Positions 1 to 8,023 of a DNA stretch of 12,704 nt are shown here, in pieces (the first letter of the stretch is position 1; every line of letters begins with the position of its first letter). Source of the DNA: Gemmatimonadota bacterium (lineage in GTDB: Bacteria; Latescibacterota; UBA2968; UBA8231). The notes beneath the pieces are model-generated. The model searched no databases, had not been told where the DNA came from, and saw only the letters and a program-made list of their open reading frames with translations. The translations under genes were made by a program, and so were the position numbers. The stretch spans positions 1 to 12,704 of the forward strand of contig JAYPJE010000083.1 in the NCBI GenBank assembly GCA_038128265.1, written 5' to 3'.

Positions 1-139
1 CGACCAACTCGGGAAAGAGGATCAGCTCGACGCCCTGCTCGGCGGCCTGACGACAAAAGTCTTCGATCGTCGCCAGCGAACGCGCCGGTTGGCCCAAAAA
101 GCCGTTCATGCTAACACATGCCACGCGTATGTCCTGCAT
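1..139 (-). CDS. Carbon-nitrogen hydrolase (nitrilase superfamily) protein, 5' part only; runs off the window start
   Basis: Not in the ORF track. Manual translation from ATG at 139 gives MQDIRVACVSMNGFLGQPARSLATIEDFCRQAAEQGVELILFPELV, which has the typical N-terminal beta strand and the G-x-x-L-I-x-F-P-E motif carrying the catalytic Glu. A GGAGAG RBS lies at 149-154, just after the upstream stop. Confidence 0.85.
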   Translation of the reverse strand, partial: MQDIRVACVSMNGFLGQPARSLATIEDFCRQAAEQGVELILFPELV

Positions 140-155
140 AGTCGACCTCTCTCCG

Positions 156-1385
156 TTATTGGGGCGCTATTTCGATGCGAATCATCGACAGGTCCGTCGT
201 CCAGCGGTCGCTCTCGTCAAACGTCTTGGCGAAAAAGCGCGGTAGGAACACCAGCAGCTCGCCCGTCTGGCGATCAGCGCGTGCGTAGAAATTGGACAGC
301 GTCAGCATCTCGTGCTCCCCTTCGCTACGCGCGTCAATGGGCTGCAGCGAATCGCGCAGCAGCAAACCACTCTGACGATCTACTTCGGCTAGCACCAGCG
401 GGTAGCGCGGGCGGTTTCCCTGGGGATTTTCGCCGCATATATTGCCGATCCACAGCAGGCGGCCGTCTGCCCAGGGCACTAGCTGCGAGCAGGCCGACGG
501 CGAGAAGGGGGCCGTACCATCGGTGTAGGTCCACGGGCGCGGCACGTCCCACGTTTGACCGCCATCGGCCGACAGGGCCATCCACTTATGGCCGGGCCAC
601 TCGGGCCGCGCGTCGTTGCTGCCGCGCATAACCATCAGCAGGCGACCGTCGTCGAGCTCGGCTATTGTCGGCTCAATCAGTCCGCGCGTCGTGCGCTCGG
701 GATCGCCGCACACGCGTTCAGAGCAGCTCCACGCCAGGCGGCCATCGGGCTGCCAATGACCGATTAGCAGCAGGCAGTCGGTGTAGGTAAAGCCGGCGCC
801 GGGATTGTAATACTCGCCGTTTTCATCGACCGGACTGCTCTGCACGGGCACGAGAATGGCCCCATCGCTGCGCGTCAGCGGCACCTCGCCCAGGTCGCCG
901 ATCATCACGCAGTTGTTGCCAATGTGCACACCGGGCAGCGGGTGCTGCGCGTCGTACGCTTCTCCCGCGCAAATGATCTGCTCGTCGACGATCTGCGTAT
1001 GGCCGCCATCTTCGGAGACGGCGTAGTGCAGCTTCCACTGGCGCATGCCCTCCAGCGGTTCATCCGTCGGCAGCACGCCCTCCGTCCACACCTGTATGTA
1101 GCGACCCGTCGGCGGATCGACGTAGCCGCCGCGCACGTGACGCCGACCGGTGCCGCCGGCCGCTTCAAAGTGCATGGGCCAGGCCTGCGCCTCGCTCCAG
1201 GTCAGGCCGTTGTCGGACGAACGGCGCACGTAGGCTATGTCCGTCGTGTCGCTACGGCTAGTCAGACTGTGTATGCCGATTAGTTCCAGCCCATCGCGGG
1301 TGGTGTAGTAACTGCCGCCCATCACGCCAACGCCGCGCGCCGGGGAGGGCACAAATACTTCGCGGGAAACAACGATAGCTCGCAC
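156..1385 (-). CDS. BNR/Asp-box repeat beta-propeller protein (sialidase/exo-alpha-sialidase-like glycoside hydrolase)
   Basis: 409 aa with three Asp-boxes (SSDNGLTW, SEDGGHT, SADGGQTW) and an EPTIAELDDGRLLMVMR segment typical of BNR_2 proteins. GTG start with AGGAGG RBS at 1390-1395. No signal peptide. Confidence 0.8.
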   Translation of the reverse strand: MRAIVVSREVFVPSPARGVGVMGGSYYTTRDGLELIGIHSLTSRSDTTDIAYVRRSSDNGLTWSEAQAWPMHFEAAGGTGRRHVRGGYVDPPTGRYIQVWTEGVLPTDEPLEGMRQWKLHYAVSEDGGHTQIVDEQIICAGEAYDAQHPLPGVHIGNNCVMIGDLGEVPLTRSDGAILVPVQSSPVDENGEYYNPGAGFTYTDCLLLIGHWQPDGRLAWSCSERVCGDPERTTRGLIEPTIAELDDGRLLMVMRGSNDARPEWPGHKWMALSADGGQTWDVPRPWTYTDGTAPFSPSACSQLVPWADGRLLWIGNICGENPQGNRPRYPLVLAEVDRQSGLLLRDSLQPIDARSEGEHEMLTLSNFYARADRQTGELLVFLPRFFAKTFDESDRWTTDLSMIRIEIAPQ

Positions 1386-1400
1386 GAAACCTCCTCGTTG

Positions 1401-1422
1401 AAAACGGCCCGCGCTAGCGGGC
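1401..1422 (-). terminator. Possible weak intrinsic terminator or hairpin between osmC and the BNR gene
   Basis: Minus strand reads GCCCGC-TAGC-GCGGGC followed by CGTTTT. The U-tract is short. Confidence 0.3.
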
Positions 1423-1443
1423 TACGGGGCGCACGCGCATCGC

Positions 1444-1896
1444 TCAGGGCGATTCGACGACAACTTCCGTGCGCACCGAATTGGCAATGAAACACTCTTG
1501 GTGGGCCAAGTGGTGCATCTGCTCGAGCTGCTCGGGCGTGGGCTGCACATCGCCGCCAAAAACAATCTGCGGCCTGAGCACTACGCGCGTAATGGCCCAT
1601 TGGCCGCTTTCGTTTTTGGCCAACTGACCCACGGCATTGTCCTCGTAGCGATCGACGACAAAGCGCTTTTTGGCTGCTACGGCCAGAAAGGTCAGCATAT
1701 GGCAGCTCGACAGCGAGGCTACCAGCGCCTCTTCCGGATCGACGTGCCCGCCCTCGCCCAAGAAAGCCGGCGCCGCCGAAGCCGGGACGCTCACGCCTTT
1801 CTCGACAAAAGTCCAGCGGTGATTGCGCGTATAGGTCTCGTACTTAAAATCGTCTGTTGTTCGCTCCCAGGCTATTTTTACCGCGTGCTCCGACAT
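1444..1896 (-). CDS. OsmC/Ohr family peroxiredoxin-like protein
   Basis: 150 aa with DPEEALVASLSSCHMLTFL and AHQECFIANSV, giving both conserved Cys of the OsmC-like family. GGAGGAG RBS at about 1904-1910. Confidence 0.92.
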   Translation of the reverse strand: MSEHAVKIAWERTTDDFKYETYTRNHRWTFVEKGVSVPASAAPAFLGEGGHVDPEEALVASLSSCHMLTFLAVAAKKRFVVDRYEDNAVGQLAKNESGQWAITRVVLRPQIVFGGDVQPTPEQLEQMHHLAHQECFIANSVRTEVVVESP

Positions 1897-2037
1897 AAAA
1901 CTCGCTCCTCCATTCTATCGCGCATACATAGATACGCCCAACTATTGGCTCCTAAACAAAGGTGGCTTCTCCCCATGTGCAACAGGGAGGGCGCACGCGC
2001 GGACAGCGGTGCAAACGCACGCAGGACGCGCTTTGCT

Positions 2038-2049
2038 TATCTTTGACCT
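2038..2049 (+). promoter_or_regulatory. Putative -10 box for a leaderless transcript
   Basis: TATCTT (2038-2043) lies 6 nt before ATG 2050, and no Shine-Dalgarno sequence is visible. Confidence 0.35.
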
Positions 2050-3096
2050 ATGCTCATTCGAATAATAGCCGTCTTAGTCTTTGCTCCCCCCTTGCTCGTC
2101 GGCCTAGCGGCGGGCCTGGCGCGTGCCGGTTGGGATGCCTCTTTTCTACCTAGCGCAGGCCTAGCGTTTCGCCACGGCGTGCTGCTGTGCATCTGGATGA
2201 CGGCACTGGCTGGTCTGGAGCGGGCGCACCGACAGGGAATGCTGTATGCGCTGTGCCCACTCGCCCTGGCGCTGAGCGGCGGCTGGATGATCGCCGAGCC
2301 CTTTGCGCGCGGACCCTTTGTCCTGCTGCTGCTGGCCACCCTCCTGCTGTTGGTCTCCAATATCGTCGGCGCCCGCGCGCGCGCAACCGAAGTATCGACC
2401 TGCCGCATTGTCGGGAGCGCGTTCTTACTCGTTGGCAACGCACTGCTCTTCCCCGACATGCCCTCGCACGCGGTGACGAGCTGGTGGTTGGGGGCAGCGC
2501 TCTTTTACCTATTGGGACTGCATCTGGAAGGGCGCACGGCGGTCCTAACGTCGGGCGATCGATTGCTGTTCTACGCGCTGATCGTGCCCACTCTGCTGGG
2601 CGCCCTACTGAAAAACTACGCGCTGGGGTCCGAATTTATCGACCCCTACAGCGTTACGCCTAGCATGCGATGGGGCGGAGACCGACTGCTCGGCCTAGTG
2701 ATGTGTGCAGCGGCAGTGTGGCTTTTTGTGCGCGATAGCGGCGATGGCTGGCAGCGCCTGTGCGCGCTCGGCGGTGGCTTTTTCCTCGCCCTAGCCGGCG
2801 GTCTGGCGCTCTATACGGGCGAGATTCTCGCCGGACCGCTCTACGAGGCCATTGTGCACGCCTTCTTTGTGGGGTTTGCCTTTTCGCTGATGCTGGCTCG
2901 TTTTCACCTCAACAGCTATCTGGCGCTGTCCGCACTGCTCCTGCTGTATGCGGCCCTGCTGGCTTGGATTGTGGGCGCATTGAGTGGCGCACAGCCGCTG
3001 GCCGAAGGCGCGCGCACCGCCGCCGTGCCGTGTCTGCTGCTGCTGACGCTGCTCGGGCTGCGCCAGCAGTATCAGGCGGCGCGTTACCTGCATTGA
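2050..3096 (+). CDS. Polytopic membrane protein, divergent NnrS-like/uncharacterised family
   Basis: 348 aa with about 10-12 hydrophobic segments. The segments GLARAGW, HGVLL...GLERA, WLFVRD and YEAIVHAFFVGFAFSLM resemble, from memory, an uncharacterised His-containing membrane family related to NnrS. Confidence 0.6.
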   Translation: MLIRIIAVLVFAPPLLVGLAAGLARAGWDASFLPSAGLAFRHGVLLCIWMTALAGLERAHRQGMLYALCPLALALSGGWMIAEPFARGPFVLLLLATLLLLVSNIVGARARATEVSTCRIVGSAFLLVGNALLFPDMPSHAVTSWWLGAALFYLLGLHLEGRTAVLTSGDRLLFYALIVPTLLGALLKNYALGSEFIDPYSVTPSMRWGGDRLLGLVMCAAAVWLFVRDSGDGWQRLCALGGGFFLALAGGLALYTGEILAGPLYEAIVHAFFVGFAFSLMLARFHLNSYLALSALLLLYAALLAWIVGALSGAQPLAEGARTAAVPCLLLLTLLGLRQQYQAARYLH

Positions 3097-3106
3097 CAAG
3101 GTCCAC

Positions 3107-3134
3107 CTGACGGCCGACCATGTAGGTCTATCCT
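3107..3134 (+). promoter_or_regulatory. Putative sigma70-type promoter for the SDR pair
   Basis: CTGACG (3107-3112), 16 nt spacer, TATCCT (3129-3134). Confidence 0.3.
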
Positions 3135-3200
3135 GCGCGAATGGCGCATGCTTGCGCGCTCCCGCACACAGAATCAACCCACTTCTCGATGGAGAGCGAT

Positions 3201-3887
3201 GTGAACGTATTGATAACCTCGGCTGCGTCGCCTACGGGTGCGCTGCTAGCGGCTGCTCTGCAGGGCGAATACACCGTGCACTGCACCGATCTGCGCAGCC
3301 GGGCCGGCGGCGATATCGAGGCGTGCGAGTTGGAACACGATGATGCCACAGACGCCATCGTCTCCGGTATAGAAGCGATCGTGCACGTGGGCTATGCGGG
3401 GCAAGATGGCGACGAGACAGCGCTTGTCGACTATCATACGCGCCGCACGTACAACCTGCTATACGCAGCGGCCCATGCCGGCGTGCAGCGCGTGATCAAT
3501 ATCAGCACGCTGCGTCTATACGAGCCCTACGAGGAGAATCTCACCGTTACGGAAAACTGGCGGCCCATGCCCACTGCCAGCGAGCCGCAGCTGCTAGCCT
3601 GTCACTTGGGCGAGATCGTCGCCAAAGAATTTGCACGCGATCGCCTGCTGCGCGTGCTCAACCTGCGCTTGGGTTTTCCCTTTGTCGAAGGCGATGCGGC
3701 GGCCCACGCTGGAGACCAAACCGCGGCCATCACCACAGCCGATGTGGCACATTCAGTGGCGCGTGCACTGCACTGCGAACTCGATTACTGGCAGTGCGCC
3801 CACGTGCAGTCGCCGGTCGACGGGCAGCGCTTTCTCACACAGCGGGCGACGTCTATGGGCTTACTGGGAGAGGAAGTGTCGGCATGA
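3201..3887 (+). CDS. NAD-dependent epimerase/dehydratase (extended SDR) fold protein with degenerate cofactor and catalytic motifs
   Basis: Preferred start is GTG 3201 (GGAGAG at 3191-3196), giving MNVLITSAASPTG; alternative ATGs are at 3141 and 3189. The SDR scaffold is present (IEAIVHVG, TYNLLYAAAHAGVQRVINIST, VLNLRLG), but the TGxxGxxG and YxxxK motifs are altered. Confidence 0.8.
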   Translation: MNVLITSAASPTGALLAAALQGEYTVHCTDLRSRAGGDIEACELEHDDATDAIVSGIEAIVHVGYAGQDGDETALVDYHTRRTYNLLYAAAHAGVQRVINISTLRLYEPYEENLTVTENWRPMPTASEPQLLACHLGEIVAKEFARDRLLRVLNLRLGFPFVEGDAAAHAGDQTAAITTADVAHSVARALHCELDYWQCAHVQSPVDGQRFLTQRATSMGLLGEEVSA

Positions 3888-4660
3888 ATATTCTACTGCT
3901 GGGGGGCAACGGTGCGCTGGGGCCGTGGGTGGTCAAGGCACTGGAGGACCGCCACGCGCTGCGCGTCACCGATGTAAACGAAGCGCCAGACGGCTTTCGC
4001 CACGACTACATCCAGCTCGACGCGTCCGATCTGGACGGCGTGCTGCGCGCCGCCGAAGGCATGGATCTCATCGTCAACCTTTCGGTCCTGCGTCAGGACC
4101 GAAAGATCGCCTTTGACGTGAACACGCGCGGCAACTACAACATGATGCTGGCCGCACGCGAGCACGGGATCGCGCGCGTTATAACGACGGGGCCGCATTT
4201 CCAATTGGTCGGCCCACAGTACGAGTACTGGGACTACGACCTCAATCCGGATATGCCCGCCGCGCCCGGCACGCGCCTCTATGCGCTATCCAAATCGCTC
4301 GGCGGGGAAATCTGCCGCGTATTCAGCGAACAGTACGGGATCGAAGTGCTGACCATGCTGTTTTACAATATGCGGCATCCCGATACGCTGCGCGTGCGCA
4401 ACAGCAGCGGCCCGCGCCGCGACGTTGGACCACACAGCGACTTCACGCCCTTTACCGTGGCCTGGCCCGACGGCGGCGAGGCGATTCGCTGTGCCGTCGA
4501 AGTCGAATCAGCCAAGCTGCCTTCGCGCTGCGAAACGTTTTTTGTTTTCGCAGACCTACCGCACCGCCGCTTTCGCAACGACAAGACGCGGCACATCCTC
4601 GGCTGGCGTCCGCGCTACCAGCTAGAGGCCATGTGGAACAAACCCTGGAAAGTCGACTGA
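3884..4660 (+). CDS. NAD(P)-dependent epimerase/dehydratase family oxidoreductase (uronate-dehydrogenase-like extended SDR)
   Basis: ATG 3884 overlaps the upstream stop (ATGA), and GAGGA lies just upstream. MNILLLGGNGALG is the Rossmann motif and YALSK is the catalytic YxxxK. Confidence 0.88.
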   Translation: MNILLLGGNGALGPWVVKALEDRHALRVTDVNEAPDGFRHDYIQLDASDLDGVLRAAEGMDLIVNLSVLRQDRKIAFDVNTRGNYNMMLAAREHGIARVITTGPHFQLVGPQYEYWDYDLNPDMPAAPGTRLYALSKSLGGEICRVFSEQYGIEVLTMLFYNMRHPDTLRVRNSSGPRRDVGPHSDFTPFTVAWPDGGEAIRCAVEVESAKLPSRCETFFVFADLPHRRFRNDKTRHILGWRPRYQLEAMWNKPWKVD

Positions 4661-4665
4661 GCAAC

Positions 4666-5697
4666 CTATACGAAAAGCGGACCCCAGTTTACGTTTTGGT
4701 CTTCGCCGGGATCGGCACCCAGCGCCTCGAGGACGAGGCGACGAATCCCAAGTAGTTCGTCTTTTCCCTGCGGCACCAGCGTGTTGAGCAGCAGGCGCGG
4801 CAGGTGGTTGGCCAGCCACTGCTCTACAAAAGCGGGCGGTGCACCCAAGCGTTTACAGGGCCAAATAATTTTGTCGGCCACCATGCGCTCGCGATTGAGC
4901 AGTCCGAAGGCGGTAACCGGCTGCTCGTTAAAAGTGCTGCGGTTGACCAGCACGAGCCGCGCGCCTGCCAGCAGCGACTCGACCGTCATAACGGCTTCGC
5001 AGGCGTGGCGGAAATAGGCGTCTTCACCCACATCGCACATCAGTGGTTCACCGAGAAATGCGGCGCCTGCCGCTGCGCGGCTAAAGAGCTTGAAACCCGA
5101 GTGAAAGTCCGGATACTCTTCGAGTGCCGTCGCGTATTCCAGGCGCAGCGGCGCACCGCTTTGGGCGGCGTGATAGTATAGGGCATCGAGCAGCACGCGA
5201 TCGGCCAGCTCTTCTAACTCGCCGCGCAAAAAGCCCATGGGCCGGTGCTTGGACATGCGGCGCCCCAATACCAGCACCTCGCCGGCATCGGCATCGCGCA
5301 CGTGCAGGGCGGCGCGCAGCAGGTTGAGCAACTCATTGGCAAAATGGTCTCCATCGGAATCCACTTCGACAAAGTAGTCCAAATCCTCGCGCTCCCACAG
5401 CGCCGCAACGCCGTTTCGGACGCCGTTGAGCTTGCCCTTATTCCCCTCTGAGCACGCCGTGCTGGCACCGCACTCTTCAGCTATCAACCGAGTAATTTCC
5501 CAGCCGTGCTCCGCTCCATCTACGCTCAGACAAACGCTGCGCGGATCGTCCACCAGCGCAGTATAGGCGCGCGCCGTATCGCGCAGCAATTCGGTTCCCG
5601 GGCCGGCGTCTGCCCCAGCGGGAAAGTAGACGGGTATGACAATGCCCGTGCGGTGTCGCTGCACGCGCAGGGCGTGTTCCAACAGGTGATGTGGCAT
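4666..5697 (-). CDS. GT-A fold glycosyltransferase family 2-like protein
   Basis: 343 aa with GIVIPVY, LSVDG, NKGKLNGVRNG, a DxD motif in EVDSDGDH, VLGRR and DFHSGFKLFSR, the motif order of DPM1-like GT2 enzymes. GAGGT RBS at 5701-5705. Confidence 0.78.
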   Translation of the reverse strand: MPHHLLEHALRVQRHRTGIVIPVYFPAGADAGPGTELLRDTARAYTALVDDPRSVCLSVDGAEHGWEITRLIAEECGASTACSEGNKGKLNGVRNGVAALWEREDLDYFVEVDSDGDHFANELLNLLRAALHVRDADAGEVLVLGRRMSKHRPMGFLRGELEELADRVLLDALYYHAAQSGAPLRLEYATALEEYPDFHSGFKLFSRAAAGAAFLGEPLMCDVGEDAYFRHACEAVMTVESLLAGARLVLVNRSTFNEQPVTAFGLLNRERMVADKIIWPCKRLGAPPAFVEQWLANHLPRLLLNTLVPQGKDELLGIRRLVLEALGADPGEDQNVNWGPLFV

Positions 5698-5783
5698 AAT
5701 ACCTCATATGCGCTAGCGATTCGTTGAGCGCCGAACGGGCGCTGCTGAGCGAATCCAATATGCTGTGAAAAAGGGAACGGCGG

Positions 5784-6104
5784 CTAGTCTACTTCGGAAC
5801 GGGCAGCGCCGCACTGCCAGCAGTCGGTAAACTGGCCCTGTATCTCTTCGCCACACCCAGCACAAACCCACGGACGGCTGGTCGGCCCCGTTATGTAGAG
5901 CAGTTTGCTGAGCAGGTTTTCCGCTTCGACATACTGCTCTGGGACGCGCACCCAGAGCTCGGGCCAGCATTCGATGGGCGGCAGTTCTCCCATGCCGACG
6001 GCAAGGTGTTGACCGCGCAGTTCGCAGTCTATGCCGCAGGCCTTGAGCGCGTTTTCCAAGTGGCTGATCAACGCTAGGTCTTGCGTAGTATACAAGCGTT
6101 TCAT
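5784..6104 (-). CDS. DUF2007 (putative signal-transducing) domain protein with C-terminal Cys4 zinc ribbon
   Basis: 106 aa. The N-terminal MKRLY...HLENALKACGI...GELPPIECWPELWV matches DUF2007. The C-terminal WVCAGCGE...FTDCWQCG is a RanBP2-like Zn finger. Confidence 0.82.
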   Translation of the reverse strand: MKRLYTTQDLALISHLENALKACGIDCELRGQHLAVGMGELPPIECWPELWVRVPEQYVEAENLLSKLLYITGPTSRPWVCAGCGEEIQGQFTDCWQCGAARSEVD

Positions 6105-6170
6105 CGTGCGAAAGAAGGGGCCTGCTACCTGTTGGCGCGCAGCACGCCCCGGGCGGTAGCTGCGACTCGT

Positions 6171-6590
6171 TTAACTCGTGCCAACCTGGCCCCCCTCATC
6201 TACCGCCGCGTCTACGGCCGCACAAACGGCCAGCACCAGGCGTTCGGCATTGATGTCCGTCTTGACCAAATAGCTGTGTGCACCGATCGCAATGGCGCGT
6301 TCTGCCCACTCCTCGTCATCTAGTCCCGTGAGGACGATAATGGGAACGGCAGGGATGGCTGCCTGCACGCGCTCGAGGGTGACCAACTCTTGGCTGTCGG
6401 GCAGGATGAGATCGAGCAGCAGCACGTCGAACGCCACCTGACGCGCCTGCGCGATACCCGAAGCCAGGTCGTTGGCGACGGACACGCTGAAGCTCCGCTC
6501 CTCTGCCTGCTGCAAAAAAGTCTGCAGCAGATAGATATGCATGGGATTGTCTTCGATGAGCAGTACGGAAATGGGCTTGGGCATCATCAC
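6171..6590 (-). CDS. Single-domain response regulator (CheY-like receiver)
   Basis: IEDN acidic pocket, LLLDLILPDS phospho-Asp, LTG and YLVK conserved residues, with no output domain. The start could be 6590, 6587 or 6584. Confidence 0.9.
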   Translation of the reverse strand: MMMPKPISVLLIEDNPMHIYLLQTFLQQAEERSFSVSVANDLASGIAQARQVAFDVLLLDLILPDSQELVTLERVQAAIPAVPIIVLTGLDDEEWAERAIAIGAHSYLVKTDINAERLVLAVCAAVDAAVDEGGQVGTS

Positions 6591-6642
6591 CTGCGATCAC
6601 CGCGTGTAAGTCGACCAAATATGGCGCGCCGGCGCCGGCAGC

Positions 6643-6690
6643 ACAATTGCTAATTGTCGCTTTGACACGCTAGGCGTCTCTGCTTAGCCT
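6643..6690 (+). promoter_or_regulatory. Sigma70-type promoter of the MFS gene with an adjacent palindromic site
   Basis: TTGACA (6662-6667), 17 nt spacer, TAGCCT (6685-6690). A perfect inverted repeat ACAATT-GCT-AATTGT lies at 6643-6657. Confidence 0.55.
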
Positions 6691-7950
6691 ATGGCGCCCA
6701 TGCCACCCTCTGCCGCCGCGCGCCCGCGCCTCTTTTTTGGCTGGTATATCGCGCTAGCCGCCTACGCCATTCACGTGCTCAACGGCGGCCTGCTCTTTCA
6801 CGCCTTCAGCGCCTACATCCTACCGCTGCAAGCCGAGTTTGGCTGGAGCCGCGCCGCCGTATCCGGCGTTTTTTCTATGGTACGCGCCGAAAGCGGCATA
6901 CTCGGTCCGCTACAGGGGTGGCTTGTCGACCGCTATGGTCCGCGCCCTATGATGCGCGTTGGCATCGCCCTATTTGGCTTGGGCTACATCGCCTTCAGCC
7001 GCATCGACTCCATCGCCCAATTCTATCTAGCTTTTGCGCTAATCGCCCTCGGCTCGAGCCTTGGCGGCTTCATACCCATCGCCACAACCATCACGCACTG
7101 GTTTGTCCGCAAACGCGCAACGGTGCTCGGAGCAACAATGACCGGCATGGGCGTTGGCGGCCTGCTGGTCCCGGTTATCGTCTGGAGCCTCGACGACTAC
7201 GGCTGGCGCGAAACCGCCTTTTACTCCGGGTTGCTCATTTGGCTGGTCGGCCTGCCCTGCACCCAATTTATGCGCCACCGCCCCGAACAGTATGGCCTAC
7301 AGCCCGACGGCGACGAAACGCCTGCCAGCGCAGCCAACCCGCAACGGGGCGATGATGAAGTGCAGTTCAGCACGCGCCAAGCGCTGCGCACACCGGCATT
7401 TTGGTTTCTGTCCGCCGGACACGGCGCGGCGCTCTTCGTCGTTGGCACGGTGCTGGTGCACCAAATACCACATATGATTGAGCACGTCGGCCTGACCGCT
7501 GAACAGGCGGCGGCAAACGTCACGCTGTTGCTGGGTTTTTCCATCGCCGGTCAGCTGGCCGGTGGCTGGATGGGCGACCGCATGGACAAGCGCTGGATCA
7601 TGATCGCCTGCATGTGGATGCACGCCGTAGCCCTAGTGCTGCTTGCCTATGCCGACTCGCGCTCCGACACCGTCCTTTTTGCCGCGCTGCACGGAACGGC
7701 CTGGGGCGTGCGTGGCACGCTGATCAACGCCATTCGCGCCGATTATTTTGGACGCGCGTCGTTTGCGACCATTTCGGGGTTCGCCTCGCTCATCATCATG
7801 ATCGGCATGACGACGGGGCCGCTCTTTGCTGGCTTTCTGCACGACGCGCTGGGAAACTACCGACAGGCCTTTGTGATTTTAGCAGCCCTGGCGGCGCTGG
7901 GATCGGTCTTCCTGTGGATGGCGCGCAAGCCGCAGCAGCCCGCCGGCTAA
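6691..7950 (+). CDS. Major facilitator superfamily transporter (OFA/monocarboxylate-porter-like)
   Basis: About 12 TM segments, with motif A twice (GWLVDRYGPR, GWMGDRMDKR) plus WFVRKRA and RADYFGR. The true start may be ATG 6700. Confidence 0.93.
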   Translation: MAPMPPSAAARPRLFFGWYIALAAYAIHVLNGGLLFHAFSAYILPLQAEFGWSRAAVSGVFSMVRAESGILGPLQGWLVDRYGPRPMMRVGIALFGLGYIAFSRIDSIAQFYLAFALIALGSSLGGFIPIATTITHWFVRKRATVLGATMTGMGVGGLLVPVIVWSLDDYGWRETAFYSGLLIWLVGLPCTQFMRHRPEQYGLQPDGDETPASAANPQRGDDEVQFSTRQALRTPAFWFLSAGHGAALFVVGTVLVHQIPHMIEHVGLTAEQAAANVTLLLGFSIAGQLAGGWMGDRMDKRWIMIACMWMHAVALVLLAYADSRSDTVLFAALHGTAWGVRGTLINAIRADYFGRASFATISGFASLIIMIGMTTGPLFAGFLHDALGNYRQAFVILAALAALGSVFLWMARKPQQPAG

Positions 7951-7959
7951 GGCCAAGCA

Positions 7960-7987
7960 TTGTGCTTTGCTATCGCACGCGTATACT
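7960..7987 (+). promoter_or_regulatory. Putative sigma70-type promoter for the secreted protein gene
   Basis: TTGTGC (7960-7965), 16 nt spacer, TATACT (7982-7987). Confidence 0.35.
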
Positions 7988-8023
7988 CCCCTTACTCAAT
8001 CCATTCGGGAAAGGACTGCGCTC

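Noticed and set aside
1966..1991. CTCCCC...GGGAG hairpin in the osmC/membrane-protein spacer as a possible ncRNA
   Set aside because: It is a single short imperfect stem with no riboswitch or sRNA signature.
3093..3121. Perfect TTGACA overlapping the stop codon at 3094-3096
   Set aside because: The hexamer 17 nt downstream is GACCAT, a poor -10 box. The match probably arises from the stop codon context.
6198..6221. AAVDAAVD mini-duplication at the receiver C-terminus
   Set aside because: It is a two-copy imperfect 12-bp repeat in a variable tail with no evident significance.
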